This document shows positions 51,406-61,366 of a stretch of 64,000 bases of DNA, piece after piece; positions within the stretch are counted from its first letter, which is position 1; each line of letters begins with the position of its first letter. Under the pieces are notes generated by a model. The model saw only the letters and a list, made by a program, of their open reading frames with translations, did not search any database and was not told the DNA's origin. Origin of the DNA: Candidatus Latescibacterota bacterium (GTDB lineage: Bacteria > Latescibacterota > UBA2968 > UBA8231); NCBI GenBank assembly GCA_965248355.1, contig OZ252098.1, positions 3,648,001-3,712,000 of the forward strand. The letters are read 5' to 3'. The position numbers were made by a program, and so were the translations under genes.

Positions 51406-52512
51406 ATGATGTCCACACCTCCAGGCGTCGCCATCATCGGCACCGGCCGCGTGGGCTACCAGTTCTCCTTCGGGGAGCTTCCCGACAACCACGGCGAAGC
51501 CGTGGCCGCCTGCGAGGGCCTGCGCCTGGTGGCCGGAGTCAATCGCGGCCGGGACAAGCTCGAGGCCTTCGGACAGCGCTTCGGCGTCGACGCCCTGTTT
51601 CACGACTACCGGCAGATGCTGGAGCAGGCGGCGCCGGAGATCGTCATCGTCGCCACCCATCCCGAGCTGCACTGCGAGATGGTCCTGGAGTGCGCCGCGG
51701 CGCCCTCCGTGCGCGCCATCATCTGCGAGAAACCCATGGCCCTCTCCCTGGAGGAATGCGACCGGATGATCGCGGCCTGCGATCGCGAGTCCGTCCTCCT
51801 GCAGGTCAACCACAACCGGCGCTGGCATCCCGAGTGGCAGCTTGCGGCCCGTCTGCTCGCCGACGGGGCCATCGGCGACCTGGTCCACATCGACTGCTTC
51901 ATGGACGGCTGCAAGCCGGAACCCTCGTGGCGCTCCGAGAACGAGGGTCCCCTGCTCCACGACTACACCCACTACTTCGACCTCATGGACCTCTACGGCG
52001 GGCCGGTGGCCTGGCTCTGCGGCACCGCCGAGCAGCGGACCCGGCCCTGGGCGGTGGAGGACTACGCCGCCGCCTTCCTCAAGTTCGACAGCGGCGTGAC
52101 CGGCACGATCCGCGGCTCCGAGCTGACCACATATTCTGACCACAGCTTCGAGCTGCGCGGCTCCACCGGCCTGATCCGCATGCTGGGGGAGCAGGTGCAC
52201 CTGCAGCAGTCAAAGCAGGGCATGTACGAGCCCGACTCCGGGTTCCAGTGGAGCGACCTCGAGGCCGCCGAGGTCGAACGGCCGGCGCCGGCCAGCACCT
52301 ACGTCGACGCCCTGGTGGAGCTCCTGGCCGCCCTCGACGGAGAGGGAACCCTGCGCTCCGACGGCCGCACCGGACGCCGCTCCATGGAGATGGTGACCGC
52401 CGTGTACCAGTCGCAGCTGACCGGCAACCGGCCCGTCTCCTTCCCCCTGAGCCGGCTCGACAACGGCGTCGAGGCGCTCCGCCAGGCCGGGACCTTCCGC
52501 GAGCGCGGCTGA
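51406..52512 (+). CDS. Gfo/Idh/MocA-family oxidoreductase
   Basis: VAIIGTGRVG, ICEKPMA, NHNRRW, HYFDL. Confidence 0.9.
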   Translation: MMSTPPGVAIIGTGRVGYQFSFGELPDNHGEAVAACEGLRLVAGVNRGRDKLEAFGQRFGVDALFHDYRQMLEQAAPEIVIVATHPELHCEMVLECAAAPSVRAIICEKPMALSLEECDRMIAACDRESVLLQVNHNRRWHPEWQLAARLLADGAIGDLVHIDCFMDGCKPEPSWRSENEGPLLHDYTHYFDLMDLYGGPVAWLCGTAEQRTRPWAVEDYAAAFLKFDSGVTGTIRGSELTTYSDHSFELRGSTGLIRMLGEQVHLQQSKQGMYEPDSGFQWSDLEAAEVERPAPASTYVDALVELLAALDGEGTLRSDGRTGRRSMEMVTAVYQSQLTGNRPVSFPLSRLDNGVEALRQAGTFRERG

Positions 52513-52516
52513 CCGG

Positions 52517-53542
52517 GTGGCCAGGACAAAGAGAAGGGCCCCGGCCCGCCCGGCGGCCCCCAAGCGGCCCAGCCGGCGGCGGCCGGTCCGGGTCGCCGTC
52601 ATCGGCGCCGGGGGCCGCGCCGCGAGCGCCCACTACCCCTGCCTGGCGCAGTTGCCCAACTGTGATCTCGTAGCTGCTTGCGACCTGGACGAAACCAGGC
52701 TGGAGGAGGTCTGCGACCGCTTCGAAATCTCCGGCCGATACGCCAGTTACCAGGAGATGATCGGCACGGAGCGGCCCGACGCCGTGTACGCCATCATGCC
52801 GCCCCACCACCTCTACGACGTGGCCGCCACGGTGATCGACATGGGCTGCCACCTCTTCGTCGAGAAGCCCCCTGCAGTGACCACCGAGCAGGTGCGCCAG
52901 CTGGCCGCCGCCGCCCGCCGCCGGAAGGTGCTCACGGGCGTCACCTTCCAGCGCCGGTTCTCGCCCGTCATCCGGCAGGGCAAGGCGCGCTGCGAGCAGC
53001 GCGGACCCGTGCACACCGCCCACGCCTCCTTCTACAAGAATCAGGTCGGCGCCAGCCCGTACTACAAAGGCGCCATGGACATGCTCACCTGCGACGGCAT
53101 CCACGCCGTCGACACCCTGCGCTACCTGTGCGGCGGAGACGTGGTCAGCGTGGCCGCCGACAACCGCCGCCTGGACGCCGGCCACTGGAACATCCACCTC
53201 GCCCTGGTGCGGTTCTCCTCCGGCGCCACCGGCCTGCTGCTGAACAACTTCATGGCCGGCCGGCGCACGTTCTCGGTGGAGATCCACTCCGCCGGCGTGA
53301 GTTTCTTCGGGGATCCCGAGGAGGGCGGACAGCTCTTTGCCGACGACCGGACGGATCCCATCGAGCAACTCGACCCGGCGGCGCTGGCCGGCAGCAGCGA
53401 GCCCCACCGGGCCCACGGCGCCTGGGACACCAACGCCCATTTCCTGGAATGCGTCCGCAGGGGCGTGGCCCCGGAGACGAACTTCGAGGACGCCATCCGC
53501 ACGATGGAGCTGGTAGAGGCCGTGTACGGCGGGCAGATCTGA
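52517..53542 (+). CDS. Gfo/Idh/MocA-family oxidoreductase
   Basis: VAVIGAGG, FVEKPP, FQRRF, DGIHAVD. Confidence 0.9.
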   Translation: MARTKRRAPARPAAPKRPSRRRPVRVAVIGAGGRAASAHYPCLAQLPNCDLVAACDLDETRLEEVCDRFEISGRYASYQEMIGTERPDAVYAIMPPHHLYDVAATVIDMGCHLFVEKPPAVTTEQVRQLAAAARRRKVLTGVTFQRRFSPVIRQGKARCEQRGPVHTAHASFYKNQVGASPYYKGAMDMLTCDGIHAVDTLRYLCGGDVVSVAADNRRLDAGHWNIHLALVRFSSGATGLLLNNFMAGRRTFSVEIHSAGVSFFGDPEEGGQLFADDRTDPIEQLDPAALAGSSEPHRAHGAWDTNAHFLECVRRGVAPETNFEDAIRTMELVEAVYGGQI

Positions 53543-53558
53543 GGGTGGTGCCCCGCCT

Positions 53559-55040
53559 CTACACGAGAGCCGCGGTGATCTCGGCCCCGGCGTCGTCGTC
53601 CAGGGGGAAGATCGGCCGAGTGACGTTCCGGTAGGGCAGGGACCTCAGGTTGGCGCTCGTCGACCCGGGGCAGTCCACGGGCACGATGCGGTCGGCGATC
53701 GCCTCGTAGTGGGTGCGGAACCCGTTGGGGCTCTTGCAGACCACAAGGTCGAAATCAGCCGGGTTCAGCCCCCTTGCCTCGAAGACGCGGCGCCCCATGA
53801 TCGAGACCGGAAACTCGGTCGTCATGATCACCGTGGCTCCGCTCACCAGGACCGCCGTCCTTCCAGCCCGTGAGACCTCCCCCGATTCGGTGAGGAAGTT
53901 GCCGTCGTGGAGACTCCGCACGTAGACCTCGCACTCCACCGGCTGGTGCCGTTCCCGGTCGACCGTTCCCCCCAGGGACACGGTGAAGCGGCTGCCGACG
54001 CCCCGCGAGAAGGCCGCCTCCACGGCCGGCGCGTCCACCAGGGGCAGCAGGGCGCTCTTGCCGTATCCAGCGTCGATGAGGCCCCTCAGGATCCAGTTGC
54101 TGTCGCCGGAGGCGCCGCTGGAGGTCGCGTCCGCGGCGTCGGAGAACACGGTCAGCCCGGATTCCCGCGCGGCGACGGCCACGGCTTCCTCCACCGGGAC
54201 CAGCTCCGCCTGCATGCTCCCGCGGTGCTCCCACATGAAGCCGGCCAGCTCCTCGGCCAGGTCCCGCGCCATCTGCGGCTCGCCGTCGCTGGTGACGACG
54301 GTGTTGGTGCGCAGTTCGGGCACATCGGTGAAGGGATTGCCGATGTTGACCAGCGCCGACAGCCCCTTTTCCCCGGACTCGAAGGTCTTGCAGCGGTCGA
54401 TGGCCCGGCCGAAGAGTCCGGTCTCCGTGATCAGCTCGTCGCCGCGCACCAGCATGGGAAGCTTGACCTGCGCCACCGCCGGCCGCACGCCGCCCCCAAG
54501 GAGCCGCACGAGATTGCCGGCGGCGCGCCGCCCGGTGAGCCGCATGTCGGTGTGCGGATAGGTGTGCAGGGCCACGGTGACGTCGGCCGAGCGAACGAGA
54601 CGGTCGGTGAGGATGGCGTGCAGGTCGTAGGAAGCGACGACCGGCTTGTCCCCCATGATCGCCCGCACCTGCTCGAGGATGCGGCCCTCGGGGTCGTGCT
54701 CCTCGCAGCCGGCCATGGCACCGTGAAAGGCGATGCAGGCTCCGTCGGCGTCTTTCGCGGCGGCGATGGCCTCCAGCATCTCGGCGGTCATGCCGTCGAG
54801 GTCGGGGGCCGGCACGGGGCCGCCCGAGGTCACCGAGCAGGCGCCGTAGGTCGGGATCACGTCGACGCCCTCCCGGGCGAAGACGTCGAGGCCGCCGGCG
54901 ATGTAGCTGTTGGTTCCCGCGTAGCGCTCGATCAGCTCCTCTCCGCGGGAGATGTCGAAGCGGTCCCTCGTGGTGGTGCGGGGGTTGAAGTGGGACGTCT
55001 CCTGGTAGAAGAACGCGATCAGGACTTTTCGGCCTGCCAT
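53559..55040 (-). CDS. M81-family (MlrC-like) metallopeptidase
   Basis: QETSHFNP, FHGAM, SYDLHA, TYPHTD, DAADATSSGASGD, VCKS. Confidence 0.88.
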   Translation of the reverse strand: MAGRKVLIAFFYQETSHFNPRTTTRDRFDISRGEELIERYAGTNSYIAGGLDVFAREGVDVIPTYGACSVTSGGPVPAPDLDGMTAEMLEAIAAAKDADGACIAFHGAMAGCEEHDPEGRILEQVRAIMGDKPVVASYDLHAILTDRLVRSADVTVALHTYPHTDMRLTGRRAAGNLVRLLGGGVRPAVAQVKLPMLVRGDELITETGLFGRAIDRCKTFESGEKGLSALVNIGNPFTDVPELRTNTVVTSDGEPQMARDLAEELAGFMWEHRGSMQAELVPVEEAVAVAARESGLTVFSDAADATSSGASGDSNWILRGLIDAGYGKSALLPLVDAPAVEAAFSRGVGSRFTVSLGGTVDRERHQPVECEVYVRSLHDGNFLTESGEVSRAGRTAVLVSGATVIMTTEFPVSIMGRRVFEARGLNPADFDLVVCKSPNGFRTHYEAIADRIVPVDCPGSTSANLRSLPYRNVTRPIFPLDDDAGAEITAALV

Positions 55041-55041
55041 C

Positions 55042-56823
55042 TCAACCGTCCCCCTGGCTGCCTGGGAGCGAGGGTGCCGGGCCCTCCGCGAGTGCCGCAA
55101 CGCCCGTGATCGCGTCCAGCTTCTCGCGGATCTCGGGATCGATCTCCCCGGCGGGGACGTGCTCGGCCAGTTCGTAGAAGTTCTTCTTGGCCATCAGGTT
55201 CGGCAGTCCGAGCTTCTCGAAGTAGGCCTCGAAGAGCGGCACCAGGAACTCGTCGCTTGCCTTGATGTCCGGGTCCCACGGAGACCCCTTGCCAAGCGTC
55301 TTCAAGGCTGACTCGACTTCCCCGATCGCCTCGCCCATCGTCTTCAAACGCCTGTCAGCTTCGGCCGCCGTGAACAGGGCCCCGGTTGCGTTTTCCGGTG
55401 CCGAAGCCCTGGCGTATGCCTCAAGCGTAGATCGGGAACAGAGATAGTTCTCAATCTCACGCCGCTTCCAGATCTGGCACTCAACCGGCGAAAGGTTGGG
55501 CGGACCCGCTTCGAGGCGATCGAACAGGGCGACACCAAGAAGTCCGGGGCGCGCCTCCCTCAGACCGAAGAAATGGTCCTGAACCGCCCTGGGCCGGTTG
55601 CCCACGTAATGCACGAAGGGCCGCTCAAGAGCCTTGGTGGCCGCATCCTGGCCCAGCCGACGCGCGAAGGCCTGCAGGATCGACAAGTCCGTAGATCCTT
55701 CGAGATACAGCGCCCAGCCGGTCTGTTCCGCCTGGTAATACTGGTCGAACCCGATCTCCCTGAGTGCCTTCAGCACCTGGCTGCCGCGGCCGTCGATGCG
55801 GTGGGGCTCGCCCACGAAGGCGACCACCAGGTCCTGGCCCGCGGCCTCGTTGAGCAGCACCTCGGAATGACTGGCGGCGATGATCTGACTCCCGCTCTCG
55901 CCCGCCACCTCGGTGAGCAGGCGGTAGATCTGGCGCTGCCGGAGGATCTCCAGGTGGGCGTCCGGTTCGTCGAGGAGCAGGACCGCGCCTGGATTCGCGT
56001 ACATGTATGCCAGAAGCAGCAGGGTCTGCTGCAGGCCGCGCCCGGCAGACGACAAGTCCAGCTCGACGGGGCGCTCGCGATCGGGGACCTGCTCGCGATA
56101 GGTCATCGCGATCTCGCCGCGCTCGGCGATGTAGCGCGGTGGACGGATCTCGGAACCGAACAGGCTCTCGATCTGGCCGACCAGCCCCTTCCACACTGCT
56201 TCGTCCTCGTCGTGGACCTGCAAGCAGAGATTGCGCAGCACCTCCGCGGTGCGCCCCTCTCCTACCCGGACGTTGACCGCCCCCTCGTCGAGACGGGTCT
56301 CCGTGGCCGCGAGCCCGGACATCGGCGGCAGGAAGGCGATCGGCACGGTTCCCGCATCGCGGGGGACCGGCATGCGATCAGGAGTCCTGCCCTCGGACAG
56401 GCGCAGCGGCCGGCAGTAGAAGGATTCGTCGTTGGCATAGTCGAACTCCAGCCCGCAGGTCCAGGACCGGTCATTGGTCACGCCCTCGACGACGATGTCG
56501 ATGCAGATATTGCTGGTCTGCTGCCGGCCGCCGACCCTGCGTACATCGCGCACGTGCAGTCCGCGCCACAGCAGATTGGTGTCTGGAATCGGGATGGCCA
56601 CCAAGTCGCGGCGGTTGACGGTCACGCCGGGGCGCTTCTCCGGCGCGGTCCTTCCGGACCGCTTCTCGTTCCAGCGCCTGAGGCCGACGTCCCAGAGGGC
56701 GAGGGCCTGCATGGCCGAGGTCTTCCCTGAGTTGTTGGGTCCGATGAAGACCACCGGGCTCCCCAGCTCGATCTCGACCTCGCCGAAGCGCTTGAAGTTG
56801 CGGATGGTGAGCTTGGTAAGCAT
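55042..56823 (-). CDS. ABC/AAA ATPase with C-terminal TOPRIM-like domain (OLD-family-like nuclease)
   Basis: IRNFKRF, GPNNSGKTS, LSSAGRG signature, LLLDEPDAHL, ASHS, TOPRIM YLEGSTD..LFD, REIENYL. Confidence 0.8.
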   Translation of the reverse strand: MLTKLTIRNFKRFGEVEIELGSPVVFIGPNNSGKTSAMQALALWDVGLRRWNEKRSGRTAPEKRPGVTVNRRDLVAIPIPDTNLLWRGLHVRDVRRVGGRQQTSNICIDIVVEGVTNDRSWTCGLEFDYANDESFYCRPLRLSEGRTPDRMPVPRDAGTVPIAFLPPMSGLAATETRLDEGAVNVRVGEGRTAEVLRNLCLQVHDEDEAVWKGLVGQIESLFGSEIRPPRYIAERGEIAMTYREQVPDRERPVELDLSSAGRGLQQTLLLLAYMYANPGAVLLLDEPDAHLEILRQRQIYRLLTEVAGESGSQIIAASHSEVLLNEAAGQDLVVAFVGEPHRIDGRGSQVLKALREIGFDQYYQAEQTGWALYLEGSTDLSILQAFARRLGQDAATKALERPFVHYVGNRPRAVQDHFFGLREARPGLLGVALFDRLEAGPPNLSPVECQIWKRREIENYLCSRSTLEAYARASAPENATGALFTAAEADRRLKTMGEAIGEVESALKTLGKGSPWDPDIKASDEFLVPLFEAYFEKLGLPNLMAKKNFYELAEHVPAGEIDPEIREKLDAITGVAALAEGPAPSLPGSQGDG

Positions 56824-56848
56824 CGGATTAGATGTCGTCGCAAATCAG

Positions 56849-57037
56849 CTATAACAGCTCGTTGAGTTTCTTGAAGGCCCGCTGGAAACGATCAAGCTCT
56901 TCTGCGCTCAATTCTTCCTCAAAAGTACCACTGTTTTCGCTAAGGTAGCGAGCAGGTCGATAGTGATTGAAGACGGTGCCACTTTGAAGCGGTACTCTCT
57001 CCAGGTACTCTTCTAGTTCCGGATACCGCAGGTGCCG
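56849..57037 (-). pseudogene. AT-rich 3' remnant of another ABC-ATPase/TOPRIM-type gene
   Basis: Startless frame LEEYLERVPLQSGTVFNHYRPARYLSEN..LDRFQRAFKKLNELL-stop. Composition is visibly lower in GC. Confidence 0.55.
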
Positions 57038-57412
57038 TCATCCTCCGCTCCGTTTCACCCGCCAACCCTTCTCCTGCAGGGCCCGGACTAGGCGGTCCCG
57101 GTGATCCCCCTGGATCTCCACGACCCCGTCCCGCACGGTGCCGCCGGCGCCGCACAGGGCCTTCAGCTCCCTGGCCAGTGCATCCAGATCGTCTTCGCGA
57201 ACGGGCAGGCCGGTCAGGATCGTCACCCCCTTCCCCTTCCGCCCCTTGGTCTCGCGGCCGACGCGGACAATCCCGTCCGCCGGCGCAACCGGGCCCGCCG
57301 GCCGCCCGGGTCCGCCCCGCCGAGCGTCCCTCCGGCCCTGGGGGGTCTCCTTGCGGACATCGCCGGTGCCGGTGGAATAGACCAGCTCCGAGTTCCGGCT
57401 CTTCGCCTTCAC
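57038..57412 (-). CDS. yciH: Translation initiation factor SUI1/YciH
   Basis: LVYST, DGIVRVGRETKGRKGKGVT, LK..CGAGGTV.DGVVEIQGDHRD, VKRSGG. Confidence 0.93.
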   Translation of the reverse strand: MKAKSRNSELVYSTGTGDVRKETPQGRRDARRGGPGRPAGPVAPADGIVRVGRETKGRKGKGVTILTGLPVREDDLDALARELKALCGAGGTVRDGVVEIQGDHRDRLVRALQEKGWRVKRSGG

Positions 57413-58236
57413 CGGAAGTAGAGCTTCTGCGCCGTGCCCCCGAGGATGTGCTCCCGGTCGGCGGCGGTGAAGAAGTCGATCATCTCCGCCATGATCAGGT
57501 ACTCGTAGTAGTTGGCCCACAGCATCCGCTCGGGCCCGAAGGCGTCGTAGACCCGCCGCAGGTAGGGCCACATGTCCCGGAAGGGCAGCTTCTGGCGGGA
57601 CGGATTGTGGAGCGACGTCCGGATGTAGACGTTCGGCAGCCGCTGCAGGTCCAGCAGGGGGCCGATGCCCTCGTCGTCGGGCCGGTCGATGTCGATCATG
57701 GCGAAGTGGTCGATGACGACGTTGACGCCGGGGTGCCGCGCCGCCATGTCGGCCACCTGGCCGATCTGTTGCGGCGCCAGGAAGATGTTGAAAGCGGCGC
57801 CGAGGTCGGCGGCCTTGCGCCACAGGGGATCGCAGACCGGGTCGTTCAGCCAGGTCACCTCGCGGTCGTAGATCGGGCTCAGGCGCAGCCCCGCGAGCCC
57901 GCTCTCGACGACGAGCTGCTCCAGCCGCTCGGCGTTGCCCTCGCCGTCGGCGGGTGGGTAGAGCCGCGCCCCCACGAGCAGGCCGATGGCGGCGAACCGC
58001 TCCGGCCACCGCTTAACGCAGTGCACGGCGTAGTCGTTGTTGCGCCCGTAGTAGCAGACGTGGCTGATCACGGTGCGGTCGATGCCGTGCTGGTTCATCA
58101 GCGCGATCAGGTCCTCCCCCGACAGCTCGTGATCGGGCATGGCCCGCGGGCAGCTGGAGATGGCCGGGTCGATGGGGAAGCGGTCGTCGTACAGGACCCA
58201 GGCGTGCTCGGCGCCATCGATGACGGGCGTCCTCAC
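57409..58236 (-). CDS. Amidohydrolase_2 family protein (lactonase-like)
   Basis: IDGAEHAW, GIDRTV, VVIDHFA, FGPERMLWA, ILGGTAQKLY. Confidence 0.85.
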   Translation of the reverse strand: MRTPVIDGAEHAWVLYDDRFPIDPAISSCPRAMPDHELSGEDLIALMNQHGIDRTVISHVCYYGRNNDYAVHCVKRWPERFAAIGLLVGARLYPPADGEGNAERLEQLVVESGLAGLRLSPIYDREVTWLNDPVCDPLWRKAADLGAAFNIFLAPQQIGQVADMAARHPGVNVVIDHFAMIDIDRPDDEGIGPLLDLQRLPNVYIRTSLHNPSRQKLPFRDMWPYLRRVYDAFGPERMLWANYYEYLIMAEMIDFFTAADREHILGGTAQKLYFR

Positions 58237-60092
58237 CCGCTCGCCCCCCAGGAGTAGACGTGGGAACCGCTGCCGAAGTAGATGCGGCCCCCGAGGTGAT
58301 CGCCCCCTGGACCGATGGGCACCGGCGACTCGGCGCGCAGCCGGATGCCGAAGCGGTCCGGGCCCGCCCCCTTGTCGACGATCTCGGCCACGCCCCGCCG
58401 CAGCAGCACGAAGCGCTCGCCGGCCGGGCCCGTGACGAAGACCCGCGGCCCCTGCTGGCCGCAGGTCCGTCCCAGCTGCGCCTCCACGTCCAGCTCCTGC
58501 ACCACCTGCCGCGATGCCGGGTCGAAAGCAAAGAGCCGGGCCGAATCCGCGAATCCGAGGACCAGGCCGTCGGGGCCCCGGGACAGATCGGTGTAGGACG
58601 CGACCTCTTCCAGGACCACGCCGCGCCAGGTCACGGCTCCCTCCTCGAGATCGACGATGACCATCTCCGCCCGCTGCGCCTTCTGCTCGCCGCCGGTGCC
58701 GGGCGCCACCGTCATGCCCACCAGCACCCGCCCGCCGGGCAGCTCCACGAGGCTGTGGGGCGCCTGCTCCGGCACCAGTTCCGTGTGCTCGAGGAGCCGG
58801 CCCTCCTTCCCGGCGCGGTCCCAGATCAGCAGGCCGCCGCCGGTGTACCCGTATCCCGGGGTGCCGCCCAGCACGACCCGGCGGCCGTCGGCCGTGGCCA
58901 GAAGGCAGTGGGGACGGTTGATGGCCGGCGTGCACTGCGTCCACCAGCGCGGGTTGCCGTTCTCGTCCCCCGGCTCGGTGGCCACCCAGTCCCGCGCCGG
59001 GTCCCACTCCAGCAGGAAGCCGCCCGTGTATCCGCCCACGAAGAACCGGTCGCCGGCGGCGCGCACCGTGTTCCACTGGCCGAAGCTGTCCCGGTTCGTC
59101 CATCCGTCGCCGGCCGGATCGTAGCCGAAGAACCGCATGGGGAAGGCGGTGCCGCCGCAGATCGTGCCGTCCGGCGCCGCCGCCAGGCCCATGATGTGAG
59201 CGCCCTCGCTCGTGTAGTCGAAGGACATCTCGCGGCGGCGGCCGTCCGCGTCCTGGACGACCATCCGCTTTTCCACGGTGTCGCAGACCAGCAGCCTGGC
59301 GCCGTCCGGGAAGTCGGCGTGGAACAGCCCCTGGCTGCCGGTGATGATCGCCTTCGGCCGGCGGCTCTCGTGGCGGCCGATGGCCTCGGCCTCTCCCCGG
59401 TAGAGCCGCAGCCAGCCCCCGCCGGCGCCGGCCCGGGCCTGCCCGTAGACGCGTCCGTCCTCGTCGCGGTAGACCTGCGCCGAGCCCTGGCGCCGCTCCT
59501 CCTCGGCCAGCAGCGGCTTCGCCTCGCCGCCGTCGGGCTCGAGGGCCACGATCTGGCTCGAGGTGTTACCCACGGCGAAGTAGATCCAGCCGCTGTCGTC
59601 GGCGGCGATCGACCGCTGGTACTGGCGCCAGTTCTGGAGGTACACGTGGCCGTAGTCGCGGAAGGCGCGCACCTCCGGATCGAAGCAGGCGACGCCGGAG
59701 TCCGGGTAGCTGGCCAGCCAGATGCGGCCGTCGTCGTCCTCGGTCATCCCCATGGCCATCTGGGGAACCGTGCGGTGGTGGAAGGTGAACTCCCGGGCCT
59801 CGGGATCGTACTCGCAGAAGTGGCTGTTGAAATGGGTGTAGAAGCGGTTCCGGGTCGACAGGATCGAGGCGAAGGGGCAGTCGCCGCCCGGGTCGAAGGG
59901 CACGGGCACCTCGAGGGACTCGCCGGTGCCCGCGTCGATCTGCAGCAGGGCGTAACAGCCGCGGTGGTCGTAGAGCCAGAGCAGCACCACGTTGCGGCCG
60001 TCGCCGTCCACCGTGGCCACTGTTCCGCGGTGGTTGCTCACCGGTGTGGCCACCCCGTGGTGGTGGAAGCCGTTGCCGAGGTCTTCTTTCAT
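58233..60092 (-). CDS. Hypothetical beta-propeller protein
   Basis: Repeated short blades (DDGRIW, DSGWIY, PDGTI, WDP, GGTPGYG). Coupled to neighbours by 4-bp overlaps. Confidence 0.65.
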   Translation of the reverse strand: MKEDLGNGFHHHGVATPVSNHRGTVATVDGDGRNVVLLWLYDHRGCYALLQIDAGTGESLEVPVPFDPGGDCPFASILSTRNRFYTHFNSHFCEYDPEAREFTFHHRTVPQMAMGMTEDDDGRIWLASYPDSGVACFDPEVRAFRDYGHVYLQNWRQYQRSIAADDSGWIYFAVGNTSSQIVALEPDGGEAKPLLAEEERRQGSAQVYRDEDGRVYGQARAGAGGGWLRLYRGEAEAIGRHESRRPKAIITGSQGLFHADFPDGARLLVCDTVEKRMVVQDADGRRREMSFDYTSEGAHIMGLAAAPDGTICGGTAFPMRFFGYDPAGDGWTNRDSFGQWNTVRAAGDRFFVGGYTGGFLLEWDPARDWVATEPGDENGNPRWWTQCTPAINRPHCLLATADGRRVVLGGTPGYGYTGGGLLIWDRAGKEGRLLEHTELVPEQAPHSLVELPGGRVLVGMTVAPGTGGEQKAQRAEMVIVDLEEGAVTWRGVVLEEVASYTDLSRGPDGLVLGFADSARLFAFDPASRQVVQELDVEAQLGRTCGQQGPRVFVTGPAGERFVLLRRGVAEIVDKGAGPDRFGIRLRAESPVPIGPGGDHLGGRIYFGSGSHVYSWGASG

Positions 60093-61366
60093 GAGATCCT
60101 CCCGGCGCGCACCACGCCGCCGTCCTCAACCCGTTCCCAGAGTCCGGCCCACTCCTGCGAGCCGTCGTCCTCCCAGGCCGGCTCCACCCGGACCCCCTCC
60201 GACCATCCGGGGCCCGCCCCCGCCAGTCCGGCGCCCATCACTCCCGTGTGCACCCGCGTCCCGTCCGGGAAGACCACGGTGTTGATGATCCGCGGCCGCG
60301 GGTGGGCGTAGACCTGCCCCGGCGCCAGAGTGTCGAGCGACTCCCCCGGCACCCGGAACCGCTCCACCGCCGCCTCGTCGATCTCGACGCCCAGCCCCGG
60401 GCCTTCGGGCACGGACTGGTACCCCCCGCTGACCGTCACCGGCTCCTGGAGCAGATGATCGGTGTAGAGGTTGATGCAGCTGATCGTCGGCCAGGTGGCG
60501 TGGCTGAGCACGGCGCCGAGATGGGCCGCCCAGGTGGTTGTCAGGCCGTTGCCGACCAGTTGCAGCCAGAAAGGCATCTGCGCCTCGGCGGCCAGCGCCC
60601 CCTGGCGCATCACCCCGGAGGCCCCGCCGTTGATCACGAAGCCGTCGCAGACCTCCTCGCGCACGGCCGTGATGTAGGGCGGATTGCCGAAGTGCATGGC
60701 GATGGGACGCGGCACAGAGCGGCGGATCTGGCGGTTCCCGGCCACGTCGTTCTGGGGGATCGGCGTCTCGAACACGGCCACCTGGTCGCAGGCGGCCAGG
60801 CGGGTCAGCACGGGCACGGCCTGGGCGGCGTTGACCAGCATGCCGTTGGGATCCAGGTCGAGCTTGAAGTGGGGCGGCGTCGCCGCCGTCACCGCCTCGA
60901 CCTGGGCGTACACGTCCCACCAGGGGCGCGGCTTGTTCTTGAAGCTGGTGTACCCGCCGGCCACCGCGTCCCGGGCCTCGGCGGCCCAGTCCTCCGGCGA
61001 GGCATGGCTGCACCACCACGAGATCGGAGTGGCATCCCGCACCTTGGCGCCCAGCAGCCTGTGCACCGGGACCCCGGCGACTCGGCCCACGAGGTCGAAG
61101 AGGGCCATCTGCAGGCCGGCGCCCAGCCCGTCCTCCCACAGCAGTTCGGCCGCGCTGGCGCCCGTGACCCGCCGGACGCTGGCGTCCGTCACCCGTTGAT
61201 GGGTGTAGTGGACGACGGTCTCGCCCCAGCCCACGTGGCCGCTCTCGGCCGTGACCCGGCACAGCTCCAGGATCGACCAGTTGTACACGGTGCGCTTCGT
61301 GATGCGCTGCTGCCGCCCGGTGAACGGCACGTCCACCAGGATCCGCTCCACTCCGGTCACTCTCAC
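60089..61366 (-). CDS. Mandelate racemase/muconate lactonizing enzyme (enolase superfamily)
   Basis: GWGE, MALFDLVG..GVPVHRLLG, KNK, DLDPN, FETPI, PEGPGLGVEID. Confidence 0.88.
   Translation of the reverse strand: MRVTGVERILVDVPFTGRQQRITKRTVYNWSILELCRVTAESGHVGWGETVVHYTHQRVTDASVRRVTGASAAELLWEDGLGAGLQMALFDLVGRVAGVPVHRLLGAKVRDATPISWWCSHASPEDWAAEARDAVAGGYTSFKNKPRPWWDVYAQVEAVTAATPPHFKLDLDPNGMLVNAAQAVPVLTRLAACDQVAVFETPIPQNDVAGNRQIRRSVPRPIAMHFGNPPYITAVREEVCDGFVINGGASGVMRQGALAAEAQMPFWLQLVGNGLTTTWAAHLGAVLSHATWPTISCINLYTDHLLQEPVTVSGGYQSVPEGPGLGVEIDEAAVERFRVPGESLDTLAPGQVYAHPRPRIINTVVFPDGTRVHTGVMGAGLAGAGPGWSEGVRVEPAWEDDGSQEWAGLWERVEDGGVVRAGRIS

Noticed and set aside
49782..55040. Microcystin degradation (mlr) cluster
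   Set aside because: No mlrA, mlrB or mlrD is present, and M81 homologs are widespread.
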